Shown here in pieces: positions 45,520-53,394 of a DNA stretch of 64,000 nucleotides. The translations under genes were made by a program, and so were the position numbers. Below the pieces are notes generated by a model. That model was not told the DNA's origin, searched no databases, and saw only the letters and a list, made by a program, of their open reading frames with translations. This DNA is from a virus: the IMG/VR virus record IMGVR_UViG_3300030108_004965, positions 127,697 through 191,696 of that record. The stretch is one strand, 5' to 3'. Every line of letters begins with the position of its first letter. The first letter of the stretch is position 1.

Positions 45520-47434
45520 CTTCGTCAACCTTTTTTAATGATTCAATTAATGATTTGATTTCAAAATCAGTACTAAATAGTTTCTCTTCTTCTAAAATAT
45601 CAGATTTACCCTCTTCTACGACACCTCGGGCTAGTGAATCAAGTCCACCAAAGCCAACTTTTCCGGGAAAGGTTTTTCTTAATGTGCCAAGTTCACCTGA
45701 AAGTGCCGTGTTGGTCATTTGTTTTCTCTTGCCGCCTTTCCGGTATGTATGTTGCCTTCTCTTGTATTTGCCTCGGCGCTTCGGTCTTGCGTTGTCATCT
45801 CTTTTTCCGGGCGGTTCTGCCAGAAGAACGTCATCCTCCGCATCATCACCTCCAGTATCATCAGCAGCACCTGCATCATCACCACCTAGGTCTAAATCAC
45901 CACCTTCGTCACCGCCAAGGTCTAAATCTCCTCCGCCAAGATCACCTCCGCCAAGATCACCTCCGCCACCTTCAGCGGCTCCGCCTGATGTAGCGGCCTC
46001 AATGGCAGCAGAGAATTTTGCATCAGAGAACATTTCTCTTTGCATACGAATGTATTCGTCTTCAGAAATACCAAGTAAGTTTTGAGCAACCCATCTCTTA
46101 GAAAAGTACCCCTCAGTTGCACTGCCTGCAATGTCAAACTTGGTCTTCCAATGTTCAAGTTCTTGCATCTCTGCTATTTTGCTAGGATTGTTCAAGGACA
46201 AACTAAAAGCCAAAAGATCATCACTTCGAAAGCCTAATGTGAACAAATGTATGATACCGATTTTTTCTAATTCAGATATCAAAACTCGTTGAAGTCTCTG
46301 AATTGTTCTAGCAAACCTGATGTCTTTTTGAGCCAACGTTGTCTTGTCCTCTGTTGCTCCTTCGCCCATTGAAAGATAGGATTGGGGAACTTTGAGAGCA
46401 GAAAACAGTTTATCTCTGAGATATTTTACATCTTCAATTTGTGCTGTGAATTGGCCTCCGGGAAGATTGACGATGTCGGTAGACGATTGTCCTCCCCTGA
46501 TTGGGATAAAGTAATCCTCTTCGATCGAGAGAGGGTTATACCGCAGATCAACACGACCCGTCTGTGGATCGACAACTTGGTGTCGTTTCATCTGAGTCAT
46601 GATCTTTTGCATATACTGCTCTACATCTTGTGGTGCAATACCGCCTACGTCTATCTTAAACACTCTTCTTTCTGGTGATCTAACAATTCTGTATGCCATC
46701 ATTGCATCTTCTAAAAGCGTTAATTGTCTCCAGATTCTTCTTGCAGGTTCCAGCGCTGAGGTTCCATAGGGAGCATACTTGTCGTTCCCAAGGATTCTAA
46801 AGTGTGCCATCTGCCAGTTCTCCAGAGTAAGCCCTGCGGAGTTCCATTGGTATTGAATGTAATTTGGGTTTGTTGGATCTTCTCCTTCTAATCGCTCTAT
46901 CTCTTGTGATGGAAGACCTATGACGTTTCTAATTCCCATGTTTTCTTCGATGTCCAGATACAAAAACAGATCTCCATACTTACACATTGTTCTCGCCCAA
47001 CCAAAAAGATTAGACGATACATTCAGAATGTCATAATAAAGTGAGTGAAGAATGTATTTGATTTCTTCATTGGGGCACTTAATGTGTAACATAGGAGTCA
47101 AACTAGAGTATGTTGTCATCTCATCCGCATAAATGTCAAGCGAGGATGCTATCTCTGGTGTGTACTCCATCTGATCAAAATCGTGATATCTTTCTGTTCT
47201 GCTCCTATTTGAGATCGCATTGATCGCGGTCATGTTCATAGGGTTGTATTCAGACTTTTTAAATTGAAGTCCGGAGGTTGATTTGAACCTAGAAGAATAT
47301 TTATCCAGATCTCTTCTTCTTAGTTGCCTACCTGTCTGAGTTCTTCTATTAACAATAGGACCAGAGAAAAGTTTTGTTAGCGATTTAAACAAACTGTTCT
47401 GATTATTGTATGGGTTTCTGTCATTACGTGCCAT
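45506..47434 (-). CDS. Portal protein (T4 gp20-like)
   Basis: EDAMMAYRIVRSPERRVFKIDVG, EEDYFIP.RG, LPGG, DVKYLRDKLFSALKVP..YL, DIRFARTIQRLQ. Confidence 0.96.
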   Translation of the reverse strand: MARNDRNPYNNQNSLFKSLTKLFSGPIVNRRTQTGRQLRRRDLDKYSSRFKSTSGLQFKKSEYNPMNMTAINAISNRSRTERYHDFDQMEYTPEIASSLDIYADEMTTYSSLTPMLHIKCPNEEIKYILHSLYYDILNVSSNLFGWARTMCKYGDLFLYLDIEENMGIRNVIGLPSQEIERLEGEDPTNPNYIQYQWNSAGLTLENWQMAHFRILGNDKYAPYGTSALEPARRIWRQLTLLEDAMMAYRIVRSPERRVFKIDVGGIAPQDVEQYMQKIMTQMKRHQVVDPQTGRVDLRYNPLSIEEDYFIPIRGGQSSTDIVNLPGGQFTAQIEDVKYLRDKLFSALKVPQSYLSMGEGATEDKTTLAQKDIRFARTIQRLQRVLISELEKIGIIHLFTLGFRSDDLLAFSLSLNNPSKIAEMQELEHWKTKFDIAGSATEGYFSKRWVAQNLLGISEDEYIRMQREMFSDAKFSAAIEAATSGGAAEGGGGDLGGGDLGGGDLDLGGDEGGDLDLGGDDAGAADDTGGDDAEDDVLLAEPPGKRDDNARPKRRGKYKRRQHTYRKGGKRKQMTNTALSGELGTLRKTFPGKVGFGGLDSLARGVVEEGKSDILEEEKLFSTDFEIKSLIESLKKVDEDETQ

Positions 47435-47437
47435 TTT

Positions 47438-49021
47438 TTATCCTTTATAAATCCAAAAAAATTCTTTTGATTTTTTTATTTCTTCTTTATGTTTCTCTTC
47501 AAATGACTGCTTGAATCCTTCTTGTCCTTTTATTTTAGTATTCATTATGGTTGAAGACTTTTTGATGCCTCCTAGCATAGCCTTTTTGTATTCAACTTCC
47601 CGTTGGTTTTCTTGTAAGGCCGTATCGCGTACCCAGCAAGCAATTGCCAGAGACATAACAAGGTCATCATTATATGAGCGCATTGCTTGAGGTTTGCCAT
47701 TGTACCAAATAAAAGTTTTAAATTCATGAAACAGTCTTGTAGAGTTTAATTTAATTAGTTTGTTTCTCACGTACTCTTCTAATTTGGCCACAATTAAAGG
47801 TCTTGTCTTCGTGCTGGTGGTGAAACCCATTACTGCTCTACTGTTGTTTTCTCCCAAGTTTGATTCTATAAATTCGTGAGTTGATTTAATCGAATAGTAA
47901 ATGTTAGGATATTCTAAAGAATTTAGCTTTTCTAGTACAGAGATGCCTATTCCATTATTCTCTACTACCAAAAGGCATTGGCCGTATTCTCGACCTGATT
48001 CATTTAGGATACTGGCGTATAAATCTAAGTTTGGTTTCCCTTGGTATTCAGCAACCACCTCCATTGTGTCCAGCCTTATAATGTGAAATACAGAATAATC
48101 TGCTCCATCTCCACGAGCCACATCGGCAACCAAAACATAAGAAGCTCCATCGACATATTTCTCCCAAATCCAAAAGTTTCTATCATAACCGGTCCTGTAT
48201 ACAGGATCTCGAACATTTTCAAACAACCACTGCATGTCATCCGGATGAATCACAGTATCACCAGACGTATTGAAATTACATTCCAATTCTTGGGCAATTT
48301 GTCTACGAGACATGTTTTTAGTCTCTTTAGCAAACCAGTCATCGCCACGTTCAGGGTGAACATCCCAAGGTAAAATAATTGGATGGAAATCGTTCTCTTC
48401 TGCTTCAGAATCAACGTATGTCTTGTGGAACCAATTTCCTACCCCATTAGGGGTCGATAAGGCTATGCAGCGCCCTCCAGTAGACAAAGTAGGGTAAAGA
48501 CCCGTCCACAACTCGTCAAGGCCTTCTACGTGTGCTGCCTCGTCTATAACGAGCAGCGATAATGCTTCCGAACGACCTGCGTCTCCAGAGGTGGTTCCGG
48601 CTTTGATCTGAGAGCCGTTTGATAATTCGAATGAGGTTTTGTTGTCCGTGACGATCTTTGCTATCTTGATCCAGTCCGGAAGGTGCTTCATAATTGATTT
48701 TACTTTCTTTACCAAGTTCGCTGCCGTGCCAAATTTGGTTGCGATAACAAGAATGTTCTTGTCTCGGTGAAAAAGCATAAACCAGACAATGTATCCCGCT
48801 GAAATTGTGGAGATACCTAACTGTCTGGCTTTGAGTATAATATTAAAACGATAGTCATTGAAGTCTTTGAGGAGATCCTTCTGATAATCGAAAGTTTTAA
48901 AGGGTATGAGGCCCTTGAGTGGATGTGAAATTAGACAATAATTATCAATGAAGAACTGAGGATTCTTGCCACATTTGACAATCTCCTTGACAATTTCTTG
49001 CTTTGAGAGTTTAAACGCCAT
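47438..49021 (-). CDS. Terminase large subunit (T4 gp17-like)
   Basis: LKARQLGIST (Walker A), LVIDEAAH (Walker B), LSTPNG, ADVARGDG.DYS, VENN, DDLVMSLAI. Confidence 0.96.
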   Translation of the reverse strand: MAFKLSKQEIVKEIVKCGKNPQFFIDNYCLISHPLKGLIPFKTFDYQKDLLKDFNDYRFNIILKARQLGISTISAGYIVWFMLFHRDKNILVIATKFGTAANLVKKVKSIMKHLPDWIKIAKIVTDNKTSFELSNGSQIKAGTTSGDAGRSEALSLLVIDEAAHVEGLDELWTGLYPTLSTGGRCIALSTPNGVGNWFHKTYVDSEAEENDFHPIILPWDVHPERGDDWFAKETKNMSRRQIAQELECNFNTSGDTVIHPDDMQWLFENVRDPVYRTGYDRNFWIWEKYVDGASYVLVADVARGDGADYSVFHIIRLDTMEVVAEYQGKPNLDLYASILNESGREYGQCLLVVENNGIGISVLEKLNSLEYPNIYYSIKSTHEFIESNLGENNSRAVMGFTTSTKTRPLIVAKLEEYVRNKLIKLNSTRLFHEFKTFIWYNGKPQAMRSYNDDLVMSLAIACWVRDTALQENQREVEYKKAMLGGIKKSSTIMNTKIKGQEGFKQSFEEKHKEEIKKSKEFFWIYKG

Positions 49022-49051
49022 GCTACTCCATTAATGTTAAAGAGCCGGACC

Positions 49052-49525
49052 CTATTCGGAACGAAGGTCTAGATCTGGTTTTTTAGAAGCCTCTGTGTCT
49101 TCGTCATCAACTGCTTTAAATTTCGCCTCGTAAGAGGAATTGATTTGCTGTAACGCTTGAAGTGCTTCTGGGTCTTTCGCTACATTTTCGGCTCTGTCAA
49201 TGAGTGCATCTAGTAATTCACCAAGCCCTATGAATCCGTCTCTATCTTGGCGTATCATCTCGGAAGTTATGGCACCGATAGCTTGTGCTGCATTTTCTAA
49301 TGAATTTCGTCCCATATCAGACTTACCTTTAAGTCTTAGTTTGGGAGCCGCCAATCTAGAAAGTGCCACAAATTGTTTACGAAAAGTTTCGTTTTTTCGA
49401 TAGTATTCTTGGCTCATTGCAACCTCTCGTCCGAGATAATCAGCATCTCCAGCGCTTGCTTCCGCCAAAACAATTTTTAATTCTTCTTTTATAATTTGTT
49501 TTAGTCGTTCTTTTGTAACTCTCAT
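49052..49525 (-). CDS. Tagged putative internal head protein
   Basis: N-terminus MRVTKERLKQIIKEEL. Confidence 0.65.
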   Translation of the reverse strand: MRVTKERLKQIIKEELKIVLAEASAGDADYLGREVAMSQEYYRKNETFRKQFVALSRLAAPKLRLKGKSDMGRNSLENAAQAIGAITSEMIRQDRDGFIGLGELLDALIDRAENVAKDPEALQALQQINSSYEAKFKAVDDEDTEASKKPDLDLRSE

Positions 49526-50079
49526 TTTTGATTTGCTCCTTTTTTACGCGTATCGTTCTGGGGTCGCTTTGTTGAATGTTGAGCCAGAAACTTTCTGGTT
49601 ACATCTCTTTCCGTGGGTTTTGATGGCTCAAGAAGCCCATCGATTTCTTTCATTCCTGAAATTTTATAATGCTGATATGCTTGAACAAAAGTTCTAACTC
49701 GGGAGGTTGTTTGTACTAAAATTTGTGGCTCACCTTTTTTGGTCAAAGTGATCCCCTTTCCAGTTATTGCTTTGTATTCTCTTTGAAGGAATTTTTTTAC
49801 TTCATTTAACATTCGCTCTATTTCTTGTTCATATTTTGGATCAGCAACATCTTTAAGTCTTGTGTCGCTCTGGTAATTAATACAAACAGAATCGGCATAA
49901 AATTTGACACCAAAGCCATCGTTGACTCGACTATCCATAAGAGGACAACCTTGTTCTCTATTTAGACCTACCTTTCTTACTTGTCCGTCCAAGGAGAACC
50001 GCTCATCGTGCGCACCGTCATAAGCGTTTGAGGCTGCTTGTGCTAAGCCTTGAATAATTTCTAAAGTGGTTGAACTCAT
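49522..50079 (-). CDS. Hypothetical protein
   Basis: 185 aa ORF coupled (ATGA) to the downstream gene; no recognised motif. Confidence 0.7.
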   Translation of the reverse strand: MSSTTLEIIQGLAQAASNAYDGAHDERFSLDGQVRKVGLNREQGCPLMDSRVNDGFGVKFYADSVCINYQSDTRLKDVADPKYEQEIERMLNEVKKFLQREYKAITGKGITLTKKGEPQILVQTTSRVRTFVQAYQHYKISGMKEIDGLLEPSKPTERDVTRKFLAQHSTKRPQNDTRKKGANQK

Positions 50080-50094
50080 GTTGTTTTTTTCCTT

Positions 50095-50823
50095 TTAAAT
50101 AGTTGCGACAAACACAGTAATATCGCAAGCAGACCCTGATGCCTGAGCAGAAATAGAATCAAAATTATAAAAATCTGTTGGGGTCCATAGTGCATCAGCA
50201 ACTAGAATTGCTTTTGCTGCTGCGCCACTACCACCACCGCCTGAGAAGCCAATGGTCGGAGCAGAAGTGTACCCAGTTCCCGGGTTTGTTATTGTAACTG
50301 ATGCGACGGTATTACCATCTAATACCGCTGTTCCGGTTGCGCCACTACCACCACCTCCACTAAAAGCTACAGTAGGCGGAGAACTATAGCCACTCCCAAG
50401 ATTTGACATGGAAGCAGAGAAGACTGATGTTGTATCTGAAACAGCCCCGCTCATTGCAGCATTTGTTGTGTTAACATTCATCTTTAGACTATAAAAAATC
50501 TCAGTACTGTCTCTCCCAATTGTTCGGTAGAAAGTTTGTCCGCTTGCTTTATGGTTTAGTTTCATCACAATCTGTTTTTGGTCATCTAGATTGGTAATCC
50601 TAACGTATCTAACATCATCATCTATAAAAGTTCCCGGCGAAACACTGGAAGAAAAGCTCACAATTTCGGTGAAACTCCCAGTCCCTATGTTCATTTGTCT
50701 TTGTGAAATGTGAGTCATCCCACTCTTCTGAAATGAACTGGTAAACTCATGCGCAATACCACCGATGTTAATAGTCTCTGTAGTCTTAACAGTCAAGGTG
50801 GCTGGTGTTATTGTCGTTGCCAT
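50095..50823 (-). CDS. Virion structural protein with duplicated G.GY...PT..FSGGGGSGA repeat
   Basis: Two copies of the repeat; Ser/Thr/Gly-rich. Confidence 0.6.
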   Translation of the reverse strand: MATTITPATLTVKTTETINIGGIAHEFTSSFQKSGMTHISQRQMNIGTGSFTEIVSFSSSVSPGTFIDDDVRYVRITNLDDQKQIVMKLNHKASGQTFYRTIGRDSTEIFYSLKMNVNTTNAAMSGAVSDTTSVFSASMSNLGSGYSSPPTVAFSGGGGSGATGTAVLDGNTVASVTITNPGTGYTSAPTIGFSGGGGSGAAAKAILVADALWTPTDFYNFDSISAQASGSACDITVFVATI

Positions 50824-50826
50824 TTT

Positions 50827-51201
50827 CTACTCCGGTCTCCATCCTGTAGCCCATCGCTCTTCTCTGCCTTCAACCCATTGAATGTAACATTTAAAGCAAC
50901 ATTTAAATTTGGTCATGTATACGTCATCATTCGATTTAAATGAATATGTATTACAAACAGGACAAGAACGCTTGGATTCTTCTTTAAGTAGTTTTGAGGG
51001 TATAAAAACGCCAAAGATCTCTTCTTTGTCAAGATCTTCGGTGTCTGCATCCGGAGAGAATGTGTCTTTTAATTGTTCTAAATATTCTTTTTCTTTATTG
51101 TTATCCCATCTTGATTTTGGATTAACAACAGTTTCTTTTCCGTATTTCTTTGCAATTGCTTGCTCTACTTTGATAGCGTAGTTTGGATCTTTATCCTTCA
51201 T
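50827..51201 (-). CDS. Hypothetical Zn-finger-like protein
   Basis: CPVC...CCFKC. Confidence 0.65.
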   Translation of the reverse strand: MKDKDPNYAIKVEQAIAKKYGKETVVNPKSRWDNNKEKEYLEQLKDTFSPDADTEDLDKEEIFGVFIPSKLLKEESKRSCPVCNTYSFKSNDDVYMTKFKCCFKCYIQWVEGREERWATGWRPE

Positions 51202-51213
51202 GAAACCTCCGCT

Positions 51214-51468
51214 TTATTTAGAAAGAGATAATCTTAAAAATTCAGCAGCCTTGTCAAAACCGGCAAGCTCCAACCTAGAGGCTAAGTCGTCAATTTGAAA
51301 AGGCTCAAGGTCAAGTTCTCGACCAACCAAATCAGGTTGAATGTCCTTGTATGATGTAGTTTTGGTCACCATATCTGACATTTCTTCGGGACTCAAATTT
51401 TCATATTCCTCAAGATTTTCGATCTCTTCTTTAATAATTTTTTTTAATTGTTCTTTAGTTATTTGCAT
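51214..51468 (-). CDS. Tagged putative internal head protein
   Basis: N-terminus MQITKEQLKKIIKEEI. Confidence 0.65.
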   Translation of the reverse strand: MQITKEQLKKIIKEEIENLEEYENLSPEEMSDMVTKTTSYKDIQPDLVGRELDLEPFQIDDLASRLELAGFDKAAEFLRLSLSK

Positions 51469-51472
51469 TTTA

Positions 51473-51796
51473 TTATTCCTCGTAACTTAATGGGTCGTCA
51501 TGCTTACCCCGCATACCTGATCGGTACAAGTCTGCTAATTCTTCTGCTACGACCTGAACCAGTTCCGTTCCGGGCGCCATCTGTGTTAGCAGGAGCGAAT
51601 ACATGTCGTCGGTCTCATCATCATCAGGCGAGATTCCTGACATTGTCTCTGCTGTTTTCAACACTTCTTCGATAAACATTTCCAAGTCCTTTGGCATCTC
51701 AAGCGGAGTGTTTGGGTCAAGCATGTCTGCTTCGGCAGTCAGGCTTTGGATCTCTTCTTGAATCATTTTCTTCAAATTTATTCTAGTTATTTTCAT
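51473..51796 (-). CDS. Tagged putative internal head protein (acidic)
   Basis: N-terminus MKITRINLKKMIQEEI. Confidence 0.65.
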   Translation of the reverse strand: MKITRINLKKMIQEEIQSLTAEADMLDPNTPLEMPKDLEMFIEEVLKTAETMSGISPDDDETDDMYSLLLTQMAPGTELVQVVAEELADLYRSGMRGKHDDPLSYEE

Positions 51797-52190
51797 CTAT
51801 TTTCCTCACGGCGTAATATGTTCCCAGTGATGTTCCCGAGGCTAATAAAAAACCGCCAAAGAATGCCCACATGGTTTTGTTTGGTCTTATTTCTTTTCGG
51901 AGCGCCGCAATCTCTTGATCTCGAAGTTCCAATAGAGTTGTATTTTTTTCCGTTTCGGTTTCCAACTCTGCTTTTAAATAGTCTAATTCCAATTGTAATT
52001 CCGCTTTTGATAAAGATAATGCAAGTTCTTTTTGGATCTCGCATTGCTCAACTGACATCTCTCGACCAGCAATAATGTTGGCCACTGCCTCATCGTTCAT
52101 TAGACGACCGTAAAAGGGTGCTGCTTCGCCTTCTTCAAGGTGAACCATCAAAGGCTCTGCTATCGCTGAAGAAAGCAAAAATAGTAGCAC
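51783..52190 (-). CDS. Signal-peptide, coiled-coil, C-terminal TM protein (spanin-like candidate)
   Basis: MLLFLLSSAIA/EP signal, heptad region, C-terminal MWAFFGGFLLASGTSLGTYYAV. Confidence 0.5.
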   Translation of the reverse strand: MLLFLLSSAIAEPLMVHLEEGEAAPFYGRLMNDEAVANIIAGREMSVEQCEIQKELALSLSKAELQLELDYLKAELETETEKNTTLLELRDQEIAALRKEIRPNKTMWAFFGGFLLASGTSLGTYYAVRKIDENN

Positions 52191-52594
52191 TACTTCTTTC
52201 CTTTTGTATCCATAACAAGGATACCAAACTCTTCGTTGAGAATACGATCAATCTCTTGTGGGTTCTCTTTGTTCGTTTCAATAAGCCTACGCACTCTTTC
52301 TGCTTTTACTAATTCAATGTGGTCGTTAGACTCCATAGCAGTTTTGTGAGCGATCTCTAGGGCTCGTTGATATTTTAAATTTGCCACCGTCATTTTTTCT
52401 ATTTTTTTGTCGGAGGCACCTTCGATAGCGTCGATTTCTTTTTTATAAAGTTCTCGAGCCATCTGCATTTGTGTCTGGAGGGCTTTGACTTTCTTTCCTC
52501 CAAGAAGATAGGCTAAAAGTATAGCGCCCCCAATAACCAGAAATCTCCAGTTATGGAAGCACCATAGTTTTATTTTAGCCCAAGTAATAGTCAT
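52190..52594 (-). CDS. N-terminal TM plus coiled-coil protein (i-spanin-like candidate)
   Basis: FLVIGGAILLAYLLGG TM followed by a charged helix; start at ATG 52594 coupled to the upstream stop. Confidence 0.5.
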   Translation of the reverse strand: MTITWAKIKLWCFHNWRFLVIGGAILLAYLLGGKKVKALQTQMQMARELYKKEIDAIEGASDKKIEKMTVANLKYQRALEIAHKTAMESNDHIELVKAERVRRLIETNKENPQEIDRILNEEFGILVMDTKGKK

Positions 52595-52839
52595 TGCTTG
52601 CCCTGACTCTTTCCCCACTCATAAGCCGCCTGAACGTATTCTGGGTCATACTCGCCCCATTCTGGGTCGTCTTGCATGATTCTCATGTCTTCTATGAAGT
52701 CTTCAATAGAGGAAGCAGTCCGCGCAGCAGTGACAATCTCTCGATCTTCTACTGGGTCAAATCCATAGGCCTGATCTTCCATGACAGCACTAAGTTCTTC
52801 TTTGATAATTTGTTTTAATTGTTCTTTGGTTATTTGCAT
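52591..52839 (-). CDS. Tagged putative internal head protein (acidic)
   Basis: N-terminus MQITKEQLKQIIKEEL. Confidence 0.65.
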   Translation of the reverse strand: MQITKEQLKQIIKEELSAVMEDQAYGFDPVEDREIVTAARTASSIEDFIEDMRIMQDDPEWGEYDPEYVQAAYEWGKSQGKQ

Positions 52840-52841
52840 GT

Positions 52842-52910
52842 CTATTCCTCACAAGTTGGACACGTACAGCAAGGGCAACAATCACCACAGCATTCATGTA
52901 AGTTTTCCAT
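52842..52910 (-). CDS. 22 aa metallothionein-like Cys-rich micropeptide (missed by ORF track)
   Basis: MENLHECCGDCCPCCTCPTCEE*; 8 Cys; AGGAGG SD 8 nt upstream; fills the gap between two tagged genes almost exactly. Confidence 0.72.
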   Translation of the reverse strand: MENLHECCGDCCPCCTCPTCEE

Positions 52911-52914
52911 TTTA

Positions 52915-53151
52915 TTATCCTCCTAAAATGTCTTTAATCTCTTCTATGTCAGACGGATCTATTTTGAGTTCTAAATATAATTCCTCTCCGTTTTCGAATT
53001 TTATATCAATAGCAGCAGTCCCAGCATTTAAATTGATTTGTACTGGTGCAGTAGGTTGTGCCATTGTCGTGCCTACACGCCTTGCCGACCTACTATAATC
53101 TGCCATCCCTTCTATTATTAAATTCTTTAGTTGTTCTTTTGTGATTTCCAT
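52915..53151 (-). CDS. Tagged putative internal head protein
   Basis: N-terminus MEITKEQLKNLIIEG. Confidence 0.6.
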   Translation of the reverse strand: MEITKEQLKNLIIEGMADYSRSARRVGTTMAQPTAPVQINLNAGTAAIDIKFENGEELYLELKIDPSDIEEIKDILGG

Positions 53152-53154
53152 GTC

Positions 53155-53394
53155 TCAGCCTCCGTGTTTCCAAGATTTAGCGAAGTCAATAACAGATTGA
53201 CCCCCAATATAGCAAACCGCTATCATGCCCCAGATGTCAGGATCTAGTCCTGCCCAGAGCATAAGAGCGGTCGCTGTCAGAAAAACAAGTAACTTACGAC
53301 TTGCAACTTTTTCTTGAACGGAATCTAAGATTCCTTTCTCTTTGTTTTTAAGATACAATTCGTTTTGTATCATTACTTTTTTTTCTTGTTCCAT
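53155..53394 (-). CDS. Holin-like two-TM membrane protein
   Basis: SRKLLVFLTATALMLW and IWGMIAVCYIGGQSVIDF; 79 aa, charged termini. Confidence 0.55.
   Translation of the reverse strand: MEQEKKVMIQNELYLKNKEKGILDSVQEKVASRKLLVFLTATALMLWAGLDPDIWGMIAVCYIGGQSVIDFAKSWKHGG

Noticed and set aside
459-49021. Inteins or group I introns in RNR, helicase, RecA, portal or terminase
   Set aside because: Protein lengths and motif spacing are continuous, with no C...HN splice motifs or LAGLIDADG inserts evident.
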